From NCBI GenBank assembly GCA_963663895.2, contig CAXXRD010000002.1, positions 64,001 to 128,000 on the forward strand: a DNA stretch of 64,000 nucleotides, written 5' to 3'. Each line of letters begins with the position of its first letter. Position 1 is the first letter of the stretch. The stretch comes from Dehalococcoidia bacterium (lineage in GTDB: Bacteria; Chloroflexota; Dehalococcoidia; Bin125). The position numbers were made by a program, and so were the translations under genes. The notes beneath the pieces were generated by a model. The model saw only the letters and a list, made by a program, of their open reading frames with translations, made no database searches and was not told the DNA's origin. Positions 9,862 to 19,480 of this stretch are shown here, in pieces.

Positions 9862-9961
9862 TACCATGCGGATCCACTCGATCAACCCCTGCATCCCGAG
9901 CACCTGCACGGAGGTGACGGAGCACGAGGTACGGGGGGTTTCTGACGGCTTGAAGCGGTGC
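9862..9961 (+). repeat. Degenerate ~100-bp repeat, copy 2
   Basis: See 6951-7050. Confidence 0.6.
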
Positions 9962-10016
9962 TTGTCGAGAGCGCCGCATCCCCGGCGCAGCCTGCATCTC
10001 CGGCGGCGATCCGCCG

Positions 10017-10270
10017 TCAGGAGCCGATCAGACGGTCATACTCATCGTGGCTGCCGACCCAACCCCGATGAACTCGGAGCCGTCCTCGACAGCGAGCGCC
10101 CGGTAGTCGCGCCCGACCCGCGCCGACCAGAACGCACCCACCTTCTTGAAACGAAGCGAGGGATGCCCCGGATTCTCCGCGAGCAGCCGGAAGTTCCGTC
10201 TGGCAACCCGCTGCACCGGCTCTGGAAGCCGCCCGAACGCCCTCCAAAAGGGGGGCGTCGTCCGGTGCAC
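10017..10270 (-). pseudogene. RelE/ParE-superfamily toxin with a C-terminal frameshift
   Basis: MHRTTPPFW..F.RLP..VQ..A..NF.LL..NP.HPSLRFKKV..FWSARVG..YRALA. The expected tail WVGSHDEYDRLI is in another frame. Confidence 0.7.
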
Positions 10271-10471
10271 CTACAGCTCTTCGAGCGCGCCGCGCTCCCC
10301 GTCCTCGCGCGCTTCCGCGATCAGGAGGTCTAGTCGGCCCGCGGCCGCGTCGGCTTCGATCTGGCCGTCCCAGCGTTCCCAATCCAACTCGCTGATCCAC
10401 TTGCGCAGATGGACATACTCGGTCTCGGAAAGGATGCGGATCGCCTGCTGGATTTCCGTGATGCTCACCAT
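10271..10471 (-). CDS. Cognate antitoxin (66 aa)
   Basis: MVSITEIQQAIRIL...WERWDGQIEADAAAGRLDLLIAEA; abuts the toxin start. Confidence 0.8.
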   Translation of the reverse strand: MVSITEIQQAIRILSETEYVHLRKWISELDWERWDGQIEADAAAGRLDLLIAEAREDGERGALEEL

Positions 10472-10832
10472 CGCCTCTTCCCTGCCTGCATTGCAGCCGA
10501 CGCCACCGTCTGCCTGCGATGCTCGCCGCGTATACCAGCCCGTCGATCCGTACGCGGCGATCGGTGCCGCTCTCCCGGTCGTGTACCTGATCCTACCGCG
10601 CCCCGCGGTCCAAGCGGACGACCGTCGCACATACGCGCGCGGCAAGCCTACGCTGCCGCATGGCACCCCACCGGCAGACGGCCCACGATTTCCTCGTCCT
10701 CCTGGGCCGCGACCCTGCCATCCTTAGACTAAATCACACTGCCAGGCGATCCCTAGCAGCGAGCACACGGCACCCAGACTCCTCAGCTAGGAAGCGTGAT
10801 CTCTATCCGGAAGGGGAACCCGCCTTTACTCA

Positions 10833-10918
10833 CCACTGGACGAACATGGGCATCAATGTTCCAAAACGACCAATCCCACCGGGTGCCGTTCTCCTTGACT
10901 GTTCGTCTCTCGGGATGA
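10833..10918 (+). repeat. 86-bp direct repeat, copy 1, left of the iron-uptake cluster
   Basis: Ungapped match to 19176-19261 with about 11 mismatches (core atcaatgttccaaaacgaccaa...gggtgccgttct...tctctcgggatga). Confidence 0.9.
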
Positions 10919-11165
10919 ATTGCGGCTTCCATTGAGGAAGCAAGTCGCAGTCCAATCCGTACCTGTGTGCTTTGCGCCTACTCGTCTAGCGACCCTCTCC
11001 GCTTCTCTAAGCATTCACGATATGTGTTCTGGCGATACTCATCCTGGGCCTGTCTACACTCAGCACGAGAACGTTCCATTGACAGCGCCAAGTACGCGAT
11101 AGCACGTTCGCTGTCATCACCGGCCTTTTTGCGTGTCACCTACTGTAGGAGTGAGGAGTGGCAGC

Positions 11166-11236
11166 GGCTCTGCGGACGAATGCAAAGTCGCTTGCCCGGA
11201 AAGCGTGAGATCCCGGTTCGAATCCGGACAGAGCCT
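11166..11236 (+). tRNA. tRNA-like cloverleaf / pseudo-tRNA (anticodon position GGA, short variable loop, no encoded CCA)
   Basis: GGCTCTG/CAGAGCC 7-bp acceptor, GAC/GTC D-stem, CTTGC-CCGGAAA-GCGTG anticodon arm, CCGG-TTCGAAT-CCGG T arm, discriminator T. U8, G19 and U33 deviate from consensus. Confidence 0.6.
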
Positions 11237-11280
11237 CGCGGCTGTAGTGCCCTGACGCAGGTCGCGTCGGGGGGAAGTGC

Positions 11281-13092
11281 CTACCCGGTGGAGACACGGT
11301 GGGCTGCCTCGGTCTGTGCGGCGATCAGCGAGCGGTAGACGCGGCCGTGAGCAAGGAGGTCGTCATGGGTGCCCTGTTCCACGACTCGCCCTTCCTCGAG
11401 GACGACGATCCGGTCGGCGCTGCGAATCGTCGATAGCCGGTGAGCGATGACGAGTGTCGCCCGCCCCTGACGGACAGCCTGGAGCGCCAGGTTGAGTTCT
11501 TGCTCGTTGCGAGTGTCGAGACTCGACACCGCTTCGTCGAGGACGAGTACCGGTGAGTCCTTCAGCAGGGCGCGGGCGATCGCGATGCGCTGGCGCTGGC
11601 CACCGGACATCTGGACGCCGCGCTCACCCGCAACCGTGTCGTAGCCGCGGGGCATTTTGGTGATGAACTCGTGCGCCAGGGCCGTCCGTGCCGCGTTCTC
11701 GACCTCGGCGTCGGTGGCGCCGGGGCGCGCCATGCGAATGTTCTCCCGCAGGCTCGTATTGAAGAGGTAGATGTCCTGGGGCACCCAGGCAATGAGCTCC
11801 CGGAGGGAGTGCTGCGGCAGCTGGCGCACGTCGTGTCCCCCGATGGCGATGGTCCCGGCGTCGGCGTCCCAGAAGCGCATGAGCAGGCTCGCGCACGTGG
11901 TCTTCCCCGCGCCGGAGTGGCCCACGAGCGCCACGGTCTCCCCGGGCGCAATCTCGAGTGAGACATCCTGGAGCGCGGGAGCCCCGCCGCCGGGGTAGCC
12001 GAATGTCACTCCCGCGAAAGTGACTCGGGGCTCCACGTCGGCATCTGGCGGAGTGGCCCCCGGCGCGTCCGTAACGGGCGCCGGTTCGCGCAACAGATGG
12101 AAGACGCGTTCGGCTGAGGCGAAGACGATCCCGAGATTCTGGGCCACCGAGGCGATGGCGAGAATCGGGACAAAGACAAAGATCGCGAGCGTAATCGCCA
12201 CGGGGTAGTAGGCAGGATCGAGGTCTCCACGGGAAACGTGGATTGCCGCAACCGCAACGACGCTCAGCATGCCGCAGCTCATGAACGCCACGACGGCGCC
12301 CTGCTCGATCCCTGCGCGCATTCCATAGACCAGCTGCGAGCGGACGAGCCGCTGGCTATGGGACTCGAGGTTGGCGAGGAACCTCCGCTGGAAGCCGAAG
12401 GCCACCAGCTCGCGCAGGCCCTGTACGCCGTCCACAACCTCCGCGTTCAGATTGCCGAGGTCGGCCCTCAGTGCGCCGCCCTGCCTGGCGGCGCGACGCC
12501 GCAGCACGAGTGGCGCACTCGCGACCAGAAGAGCGAACGGCAGAAGCGTGAGCGGCAGGGTCCAGTGCATCACTCCGAGGGTCGCGAACGCCAAGAGCGG
12601 CACCACGACGGCCACGACGAACGTTCCGACGGTGTGGGCATAGAACCATTCGACGGTCTCGATGTCGGCCATGGCCGCCGACGCCACGTCGCCGGACCGC
12701 CGCTGGATCAGGTACCCGGGGGCGAGTCGTTCGAGAGCGGCGTAGAGGTGACCGCGAAGCTCGGCGAGGATGCGGTAGGCCAGATCATGCGCTACCCACA
12801 TCTCGACCCAGGCCATCACGGCCCGCAGGACGACGGCGCCCCCCAGCGCAACCGCAGGCGTGCGAAGGTCGGCGGCGGTCGCGCCGCCGGCGACTTGGCC
12901 GACCATGTAGGCGCCGAGCGCCGCGGCGGCAATCGTGGCGCCCTGGTTCAACACGCCCGTCACGATCGCGAGAACCATCAGGCCGAAGTATCCCCGGATC
13001 ATCCAGAGGAGTTGCCAGAATCCGGACGAGAATCGGGTCGCCTTTTGTCCGCTCTGCGCCGGCGCTGTCATCGGGTTGGCCATCGTCGTCAT
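11281..13092 (-). CDS. ABC transporter TMD-NBD half (IrtB/YbtQ/CydC-like)
   Basis: Multi-TM N-terminus, GHSGAGKTT, MSGGQRQR, LDEA, IAHRLS. Confidence 0.9.
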   Translation of the reverse strand: MTTMANPMTAPAQSGQKATRFSSGFWQLLWMIRGYFGLMVLAIVTGVLNQGATIAAAALGAYMVGQVAGGATAADLRTPAVALGGAVVLRAVMAWVEMWVAHDLAYRILAELRGHLYAALERLAPGYLIQRRSGDVASAAMADIETVEWFYAHTVGTFVVAVVVPLLAFATLGVMHWTLPLTLLPFALLVASAPLVLRRRAARQGGALRADLGNLNAEVVDGVQGLRELVAFGFQRRFLANLESHSQRLVRSQLVYGMRAGIEQGAVVAFMSCGMLSVVAVAAIHVSRGDLDPAYYPVAITLAIFVFVPILAIASVAQNLGIVFASAERVFHLLREPAPVTDAPGATPPDADVEPRVTFAGVTFGYPGGGAPALQDVSLEIAPGETVALVGHSGAGKTTCASLLMRFWDADAGTIAIGGHDVRQLPQHSLRELIAWVPQDIYLFNTSLRENIRMARPGATDAEVENAARTALAHEFITKMPRGYDTVAGERGVQMSGGQRQRIAIARALLKDSPVLVLDEAVSSLDTRNEQELNLALQAVRQGRATLVIAHRLSTIRSADRIVVLEEGRVVEQGTHDDLLAHGRVYRSLIAAQTEAAHRVSTG

Positions 13093-14825
13093 GAGGCGCC
13101 TTCCCGCTGTGCGCGAACCAGCTGTGCGTAGTGGCCATCGCGCGACACGAGATCCCCATGCCGGCCCGACTCCGCGACGCGGCCGTTATCGAGCACCACG
13201 ATGCGGTCCGCGTGGACGACCGACGAGAGGCGATGGGCGATGACGATGGTCGTCCGCCCTCGGGTGAGGAGGCTGAGCGCCTGCCGGATCGCCGCCTCGT
13301 TGGCGCCGTCGAGGCTCGAGGTGGCCTCATCGAGGATGAGCACGGGCGCGTCCTTCAGGAGCGCGCGGGCGATGGCGATGCGCTGGCGTTCGCCGCCCGA
13401 GAGCTTCGCGCCGCGCTCGCCGACGATGGTGTCGTAGCCATTCGGAAGCGACTGGATGAAGGCGTGGATGTTCGCCTTCGCGGCAGCATCCAGGATCGCC
13501 TCCCGTGTGGCGTCGGGCCGGCCGATTCGGAGGTTGTCCTCGATGGTCCCGTGGAAGAGGTACGCGTCCTGGGAGACGTAGCCGATGGACCGCCGCAGGT
13601 CGTCCAGAGGGATGTCGCGGAAGTCCGTCTCGCCGAACGTCAGCCGGCCCTCCTCCGGATCAAAGAACCGGAGCAGGAGCGATGCAACCGTCGTCTTGCC
13701 GGCGCCGGAGCCGCCGACGATCGCGACAGTCTCGCCCTCGCGAATTTCCAGGGATACATCCTTGAGGGCCGGGCGGGCGTCAGGTGAGTAGCGAAACGTA
13801 ACGTCGTGGAGGGCGATCGCTCCGCCGGGCAACGTGGCGATGCCGGTCCGCCCGGCGGCCGCGTCACGAATCTCCGGTTCGGTATCGAGCAGCTCGAAGA
13901 TGCCCGTCGAAGCCGAAATGCCCATGTAGCCGGCATGCCAGTAGGCATCCAGTTCGACGAGGGGCCGAAAGCACTCGGCCGAAAGGAAGAGGATGATCAG
14001 CAGCGCGGCGATGCCCAGCTCGCCGGCGACCACCTGGAAGCTTCCAATACCGACGGCGAGCGCCACACCGGCGCTCATCGCGAACCCGACCAGTCCGTTG
14101 CGGATCATCGAGATCGAAAGCTGTGACATGGTGGCTCGGTAGAGCGCCTGGCTCGCGCTGCGGAGCTCTTTCCCTCGCCGTTCGCTCGCGTTGAGCGCTT
14201 TCAGCGTGACCATGCCCTGCATGGAGTCGACAAACTGGGCATCCAGCGACGAATACGCGGCCCAGTGCCGCTGGCCGTACTCGCCCAGGACGCGGTCCCA
14301 GATTCGGGGGACAAGCGGCACGGCCAGCGCGAAGGCCAGGACGACACCGCCGATAAGCGGATCGAGAAACACGATGACGCCGACGATGCAGATCGGAACA
14401 ACGACCGACACCATGGCCTGGGGCAGGTAGTAGCCAACATACGACTCGAGCGCTTCGACACCATCGACCAGGGTCGCCTGCACTTTGCCCGTTTCCGTGT
14501 GCTCCAGGTAACCGGGTCCAAGCAGGAGCATCTGAGCGAACAGCCGGCGGCGTAGCTTGGTCTTGACGACGGCTGTGACCTGCTTCGCCAAGACCTCGCG
14601 GATAAAGATCAGTGCCGCGCGAAGCAAAGTCAGGCCGGCGACGGCGGCGACGAGGCCGGCGATCGCCGTCCAGCCATCGCCATCAAGGATTCGCCGCACG
14701 ATGAGCGCGATGAGCACCCCCTGGGCGACCCAGGTCGCGGAGATGGCAAGGCCAAGCGCAATGGAGAGGGCCAGGAGCCGGCGCACGCCAACAGTCAGCA
14801 CCACGATTCGCCGGTGGATCAGCAT
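13089..14825 (-). CDS. ABC transporter TMD-NBD half (IrtA/YbtP/CydD-like)
   Basis: GGSGAGKTT, LSGGERQR, LDEATS; overlaps its partner by 4 nt, suggesting a heterodimer. Confidence 0.9.
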   Translation of the reverse strand: MLIHRRIVVLTVGVRRLLALSIALGLAISATWVAQGVLIALIVRRILDGDGWTAIAGLVAAVAGLTLLRAALIFIREVLAKQVTAVVKTKLRRRLFAQMLLLGPGYLEHTETGKVQATLVDGVEALESYVGYYLPQAMVSVVVPICIVGVIVFLDPLIGGVVLAFALAVPLVPRIWDRVLGEYGQRHWAAYSSLDAQFVDSMQGMVTLKALNASERRGKELRSASQALYRATMSQLSISMIRNGLVGFAMSAGVALAVGIGSFQVVAGELGIAALLIILFLSAECFRPLVELDAYWHAGYMGISASTGIFELLDTEPEIRDAAAGRTGIATLPGGAIALHDVTFRYSPDARPALKDVSLEIREGETVAIVGGSGAGKTTVASLLLRFFDPEEGRLTFGETDFRDIPLDDLRRSIGYVSQDAYLFHGTIEDNLRIGRPDATREAILDAAAKANIHAFIQSLPNGYDTIVGERGAKLSGGERQRIAIARALLKDAPVLILDEATSSLDGANEAAIRQALSLLTRGRTTIVIAHRLSSVVHADRIVVLDNGRVAESGRHGDLVSRDGHYAQLVRAQREGAS

Positions 14826-15026
14826 ATGTAGTGTATGCGGCTTCCGCGCCTCCGCTGCCCCCTACCGGAACAAGCCCGGGCCCGTGTTACGAGAGGCGAA
14901 GTGCGAAATCGCACCGTCTCCTCATGCCATTTCCTTCCGTTGGCCCTCGTTGCGTGCAGCCCCAAGTTGCCGGCCTCCTTCTGGTGGCTCGCCGGAAGCT
15001 CGGCATAGTCCATATGATACCGTTAG

Positions 15027-15068
15027 AATAGGAATAGTTCTCATTACTGTCATTGAGACTTAGGTCTC
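15027..15068. promoter_or_regulatory. Fur-family operator(s) in the divergent promoter region
   Basis: AT-rich AATAGGAATAGTTCTCATT resembles the 9-1-9 Fur-type palindrome AATGAGAATnATTCTCATT. A second dyad, GAGACttagGTCTC, is at 15055-15068. Confidence 0.65.
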
Positions 15069-15084
15069 GCATGGAGAGAAAAAG

Positions 15085-16191
15085 ATGCTTCGACGAATGG
15101 TACTTACGCTCGTGGTGGCCTTGGCATTGCCAATGGCCGTGGCTTGCGGCGGGGATAGCGACGACAGCACCACACCGGCTGCAACACCTGCGCCCGCGAC
15201 TTCGGAGGCCCCGTCGCCGACAGAGGCTGCAGCGGCAGCGGACCAGTCCCCTGCCGTCGAGGACGCTACATCTGCGCCCGCGACTTCGGAGGCCCCGTCG
15301 CCGACAGAGGCTGCGGCGACACCGGACCAGTCCCTTGCCATTGAAGACGCTACAGGTCAGACGGTCACTCTGGACGCACCGGCGGCCCGTGTTGTCTGCC
15401 TCACGGGGCTCTGCGTCGATACGATGTTCGTGCTCGGGATCAAGCCGGTGGCTGCGAACGACTTGCTCCACCAGAACGACGCTTACTGGGGACCGGATGA
15501 GAACGAAATCGGAGCCATAAGCGGCTCGTTCTTTGAGCCAAGTCTGGAGGACATCGCGCAGGCGAACCCCGACATCGTCATCGGGCTCTACGCCGTTCAT
15601 GAAGGCCTGCGCCCGGGCCTCGCTAGCATCGCACCGCTGTTCATCGTCAACCCGATCGGCGTCGACGGGATGCTCGCGCATGTCGCGGAGATCGGAACCC
15701 TTCTCGGCATGGAAGAGGAGGCCGAGGCCGCAGCGGCAGCATTCGAATCCCGGCTTGAGGAATACGTGGCGGGAGTCACCGCCAAGCGGTCCGTCATGGT
15801 CGTGTTCGGGTCCGATGTCAACATTGGGGCCGATACGCTGTGCACGCCGCCCGTGGATGCGCTGGGTCGCGCGGTGACCTACGGCCTGGATTTCCCCGGC
15901 TGCATCCACGGGGAGTTCCCGAGCTTCTCCGTGGAGCAGCTGCTGAGCGTCGATCCCGACGTGATCTTCGTCCAGACGTTCGGATTTGGGCCTACGCCCC
16001 CGCAGCCAGTGTCCGAGCAGCTGGCTGACAATGCGATCTGGAGGGAGCTGAGGGCGGTCCAGAACGGCGAGGTACACGAGGTGGACTTCTTTGTCTGGGG
16101 CACATCCCGAGGCATTCGCGGCACGACCGTTGTGCTTGACGAGGCGATGCCGAAGATCTATCCGGAGGCGTTCCCGGCCCCTCTGCCTTGA
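15085..16191 (+). CDS. Iron-siderophore/cobalamin-type ABC substrate-binding lipoprotein
   Basis: Lipobox AVAC, Ala/Pro/Thr linker, DATGQTVTL..PAARVV, PSLEDIAQANPDIVI, SVEQLLSVDPDVI, W.EL.AVQNGEV. Confidence 0.9.
   Translation: MLRRMVLTLVVALALPMAVACGGDSDDSTTPAATPAPATSEAPSPTEAAAAADQSPAVEDATSAPATSEAPSPTEAAATPDQSLAIEDATGQTVTLDAPAARVVCLTGLCVDTMFVLGIKPVAANDLLHQNDAYWGPDENEIGAISGSFFEPSLEDIAQANPDIVIGLYAVHEGLRPGLASIAPLFIVNPIGVDGMLAHVAEIGTLLGMEEEAEAAAAAFESRLEEYVAGVTAKRSVMVVFGSDVNIGADTLCTPPVDALGRAVTYGLDFPGCIHGEFPSFSVEQLLSVDPDVIFVQTFGFGPTPPQPVSEQLADNAIWRELRAVQNGEVHEVDFFVWGTSRGIRGTTVVLDEAMPKIYPEAFPAPLP
15188..15354 (+). repeat. 84-bp-period tandem duplication in the lipoprotein linker
   Basis: APATSEAPSPTEAAAxxDQSxAxEDAT twice (15188-15270 and 15272-15354). 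Confidence 0.9.
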
Positions 16192-17213
16192 GCGCAGCCC
16201 CGGGCGCGGCTCCCGGCTGGTCCCGGGTGATCGCGGCTGGAGCGATCGTCGTGACACTCGCTGGCCTCGCCGTCGTCCACCTGAGCGTGGGTGAGCCGAT
16301 AGTGGCGCCCGCGCAACTTCCCGGCATCCTGATGGGCGAATCCGGCGACCGGATCGAACAGCTGGTGGTCCGTGAGCTACGGGTACCGCGGCTGATTCTG
16401 GCGCTGCTTGCGGGCGCGGGGTTCGGGCTCTCCGGGGCCATCCTTCAGATCGTTCTGCGGAATCCGCTGGCCTCGCCCGAGCTGCTTGGCGTGTCGGCGG
16501 GGGCATCGCTGGCGATGGCCGCCATCCTGCTGCTGAACGCGCCGGTCCTGTTCGCGCTTCATCCGGTCGTGGCGCTTGCCGGGGGCCTCGGCGGCGGCAT
16601 GATCGTCCTCGCGACATCGCGGGGAGCGCGAACACCGCTGGAAGCCGCGCTGATCGGCGTCGCGGTGGCGGCGCTCCTCAACGGCGCCATCCTCGCCATT
16701 ATCAGCCTCGCGGCCTCCTCTGGCGCCGTGCAGGTCTTCTTCCTCTTCACGGTCGGCAACCTCGCGAACAGGACCTGGGATCACGTCCAGCTCGTGTGGC
16801 CGTGGGTGATTGTGGGGATTCCCGCGGCCTTCCTCCTTGCCCGAGGCGCCAATGTGCTCCAGCTGCACGAGGATGTCGCCTCGTCGCTGGGGATGCCGGC
16901 AAGGCGCATGCGCCTCGTCTTCGTCGCACTGGCCGCGCTGCTCGTCGGGAGCCTTGTGGCCGTGGCAGGCCCCATCGCCTGGGTTGGGCTGCTGACGCCC
17001 CACATCGCTCGCCTGATCGTCCCGAGGCCGGATGCGAGGCTTCTCTTTCCGGCGGCCACGGTGATCGGAGCGTTCCTGGTACTGGCGTCCGACGTGCTCT
17101 CCAAGGTCCTTCTCTATCCGCGCGAGATTCCCGTGGGGCTGTGCGCGACCCTCCTGGCCGCCCCGATGATCCTCCTGCTCCTCCGCCGCACAAACCTGGG
17201 ACTGAACCGCTAA
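16188..17213 (+). CDS. FecCD/FhuB-family permease
   Basis: LRVPR, SGAILQ..LRNPLASP.LLGVSAGA, GPIAWVGL..PH.AR. Confidence 0.9.
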   Translation: MSAAPGAAPGWSRVIAAGAIVVTLAGLAVVHLSVGEPIVAPAQLPGILMGESGDRIEQLVVRELRVPRLILALLAGAGFGLSGAILQIVLRNPLASPELLGVSAGASLAMAAILLLNAPVLFALHPVVALAGGLGGGMIVLATSRGARTPLEAALIGVAVAALLNGAILAIISLAASSGAVQVFFLFTVGNLANRTWDHVQLVWPWVIVGIPAAFLLARGANVLQLHEDVASSLGMPARRMRLVFVALAALLVGSLVAVAGPIAWVGLLTPHIARLIVPRPDARLLFPAATVIGAFLVLASDVLSKVLLYPREIPVGLCATLLAAPMILLLLRRTNLGLNR

Positions 17214-17214
17214 C

Positions 17215-18240
17215 GTGACATCGGCGCGTTCCTTTGCGGTCCTCACGCTGCTCGCGGCCCTTGCGGCTGCCGTGCTCTTCATCCTCCACCTGGGACTGGG
17301 TACCGTCTGGATCCCACCGGACCGCGTCATCCTCGCCCTGCTGGATCGACCAACGGACCCCACGGACCTGACGATCGTCCGGGAACTGCGGCTGCCTCGC
17401 GCGATACTCGGTCTCCTGGTGGGTTGCATGCTGGGCCTCTCCGGGGCATTGCTGCAGGTCGTCATGCGCAATCGCCTCGCCGAGCCCGGACTCACCGGCG
17501 TCTCCACGGGGGGCATTCTCGCCGCGGTCCTCTTCCTCGCGGGCACGTGGGGATTGCCGCCACCCGGCCGGTTGCTGCCGTTCGTCGTGCTCCTGGGCGC
17601 CCTGGCGGGGGGAGCCCTGGTGCTCTTCGCCAGTTCGTTTCGCGGACGCATTGATCCCTTACGACTGATCCTCACAGCGGTCATCGTCAACGCCGTACTT
17701 GGATCACTGACTGCGATTGTCATGCTGCGCTCGCAGGAGGCGCTTGGCAGCATCCTCTCCTGGCTCATCGGGTCGCTGAACGGCCGCGTCTGGGACGATG
17801 TCTGGCTTGCACTGCCGTGGGCCGCCGTCGGCATCCCGGCGGGGTTGCTGGCTGCCCGTGCCGCGAACCTCCTCCAGCTTGACGACGAATCTGGCCGCGC
17901 GCTCGGCCTCCCATTGCAGCCTGCTCGAGTCGCGCTATTCGGGCTCGCCGCGGTCTTGGCTGCCGGGGCTGTGAGTGTCTCCGGAGCCATCGCGTTCGTA
18001 GGCCTGATGGCCCCAAACGCCGCGCGGGCGATCGCCGGCGCTGACGCCCGCCGTGTCTTGCCCCTGGCCGCCCTCATCGGCTGCGTGCTCCTGCTGGCGG
18101 CCGACCTCGTTGCCCAATCGCTCTCCATCAAGCCGCCAATCTCCTCCTCAGCGTATCGCGTGGGCCTTCCCGTCGGGGCCGTGTTGGCCGTCTTCGGGGC
18201 GCCACTGCTCATCATCCTTCTTCGGAGGAGCATTCGATGA
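17215..18240 (+). CDS. FecCD/FhuG-family permease
   Basis: LRLPR, SGALLQ..MRN.LAEP..TGVS.G, GAIAFVGLMAP. Confidence 0.9.
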   Translation: MTSARSFAVLTLLAALAAAVLFILHLGLGTVWIPPDRVILALLDRPTDPTDLTIVRELRLPRAILGLLVGCMLGLSGALLQVVMRNRLAEPGLTGVSTGGILAAVLFLAGTWGLPPPGRLLPFVVLLGALAGGALVLFASSFRGRIDPLRLILTAVIVNAVLGSLTAIVMLRSQEALGSILSWLIGSLNGRVWDDVWLALPWAAVGIPAGLLAARAANLLQLDDESGRALGLPLQPARVALFGLAAVLAAGAVSVSGAIAFVGLMAPNAARAIAGADARRVLPLAALIGCVLLLAADLVAQSLSIKPPISSSAYRVGLPVGAVLAVFGAPLLIILLRRSIR

Positions 18241-19034
18241 ACGATTTCGAACCCATCAGGCTGGCACAAGTCAGCGCCGGCTACGGACAGCGGATGGTGC
18301 TCGATGGCCTCGACCTAGAACTGAAACAGGGCACGATCACGGCTATTGTCGGGCCGAACGGGTCGGGGAAATCCACCGTGATCCGGGCGATGGCCCGGCT
18401 GCTTCCAACGCGGAGCGGCGTCGTACTCCTCGATGGGCAGGACATCCGGAGCTTCGGATCTCGCGGTATCGCCCGTCTGGTATCCGTCCTTCCCCAATCT
18501 CCATCGAGCCCACCCGGGCTGACGGTTCGCGAACTCGTCGAGTTGGGCCGCTTTCCCCATACCGGTCTGTTCGGACGACTCGGCGCCGAGGGCACACTCG
18601 CCGTGGAGTCTGCACTCACGCTCACGGGTTTGACCGATTTCGCGGAGCGCCCCCTCGACGAACTCTCCGGGGGTGAACGCCAGCGCGCATGGGTCGCGCT
18701 CGCTCTCGCGCAAGGTGCCAGCACTCTCCTCCTGGACGAACCGACCACATTTCTCGATGTCCGGCACCAGTTCGAGGTTCTCGACCTCGTTACGTCCCTC
18801 TGCACGAGCCGCGGCATGACGGTCGTTATGGTGCTCCACGACCTCGTGCATGCAGCGAACTATGCGGATCGTGTCGTCGTGGTGGACAGTGGCCGAATCG
18901 TGGCGGACGGTGCGCCCTCCGCCGTGCTCACCGTCGAACTGATGCGGACGGTGTTCGGCGTGGCGGCGAAGATCTTCACCAACCCCGAATCCGGTCGGAT
19001 GTTCTGCCTGCCGATCGGCACTGGCAGGAGTTGA
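18237..19034 (+). CDS. FhuC/FecE-family ABC ATPase
   Basis: GPNGSGKST, LSGGERQRAW, LLDEPTTFLD, VLHDL. Confidence 0.92.
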   Translation: MNDFEPIRLAQVSAGYGQRMVLDGLDLELKQGTITAIVGPNGSGKSTVIRAMARLLPTRSGVVLLDGQDIRSFGSRGIARLVSVLPQSPSSPPGLTVRELVELGRFPHTGLFGRLGAEGTLAVESALTLTGLTDFAERPLDELSGGERQRAWVALALAQGASTLLLDEPTTFLDVRHQFEVLDLVTSLCTSRGMTVVMVLHDLVHAANYADRVVVVDSGRIVADGAPSAVLTVELMRTVFGVAAKIFTNPESGRMFCLPIGTGRS

Positions 19035-19175
19035 TCTCCGTGCCAACAGGCCACCGCATCACTGCTGCTCTTACTAGCGAACTGGTAGCGGAGTCAGCCC
19101 TCGTTTAGCGAGTGAAAAGCCAGACGACCCAGCCGGATACTCGGCGAAGGTCAACAGGTGTCCAGCTGCTCAGGT

Positions 19176-19261
19176 CCACTGCACGAACATTGGGATCAAT
19201 GTTCCAAAACGACCAACAGGGCAGGGTGCCGTTCTGCTTGACTGTTGGTCTCTCGGGATGA
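19176..19261 (+). repeat. 86-bp direct repeat, copy 2, right of the iron-uptake cluster
   Basis: See 10833-10918. Confidence 0.9.
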
Positions 19262-19480
19262 GATGCGTTAACCGGCTGCTTTCTCTGTGATCGAGGTGCC
19301 CTTGCATGGACCCCGGTCGACCCGCGCTCGGGCGAGGGAGCAGGCAATCCGAGCCTCGCGAGGCCGTCGTTCAAGGCGTGGTCTCACCTGTTGGTGAACA
19401 GAGGCCGACCACAGTTCGTGCCCCTCTTGGTAGGCCTAACTTGGGGATTATACAGGCTAGTGCCCATTCGGAGGGATGAC

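Noticed and set aside
11195-11250. Cobalamin riboswitch-like string (cccggttcgaatccgg...ctgta) near ABC genes
   Set aside because: It lacks the GGGAA and B12-box elements, has no downstream gene on that strand, and is better explained as the T arm of the tRNA-like cloverleaf.
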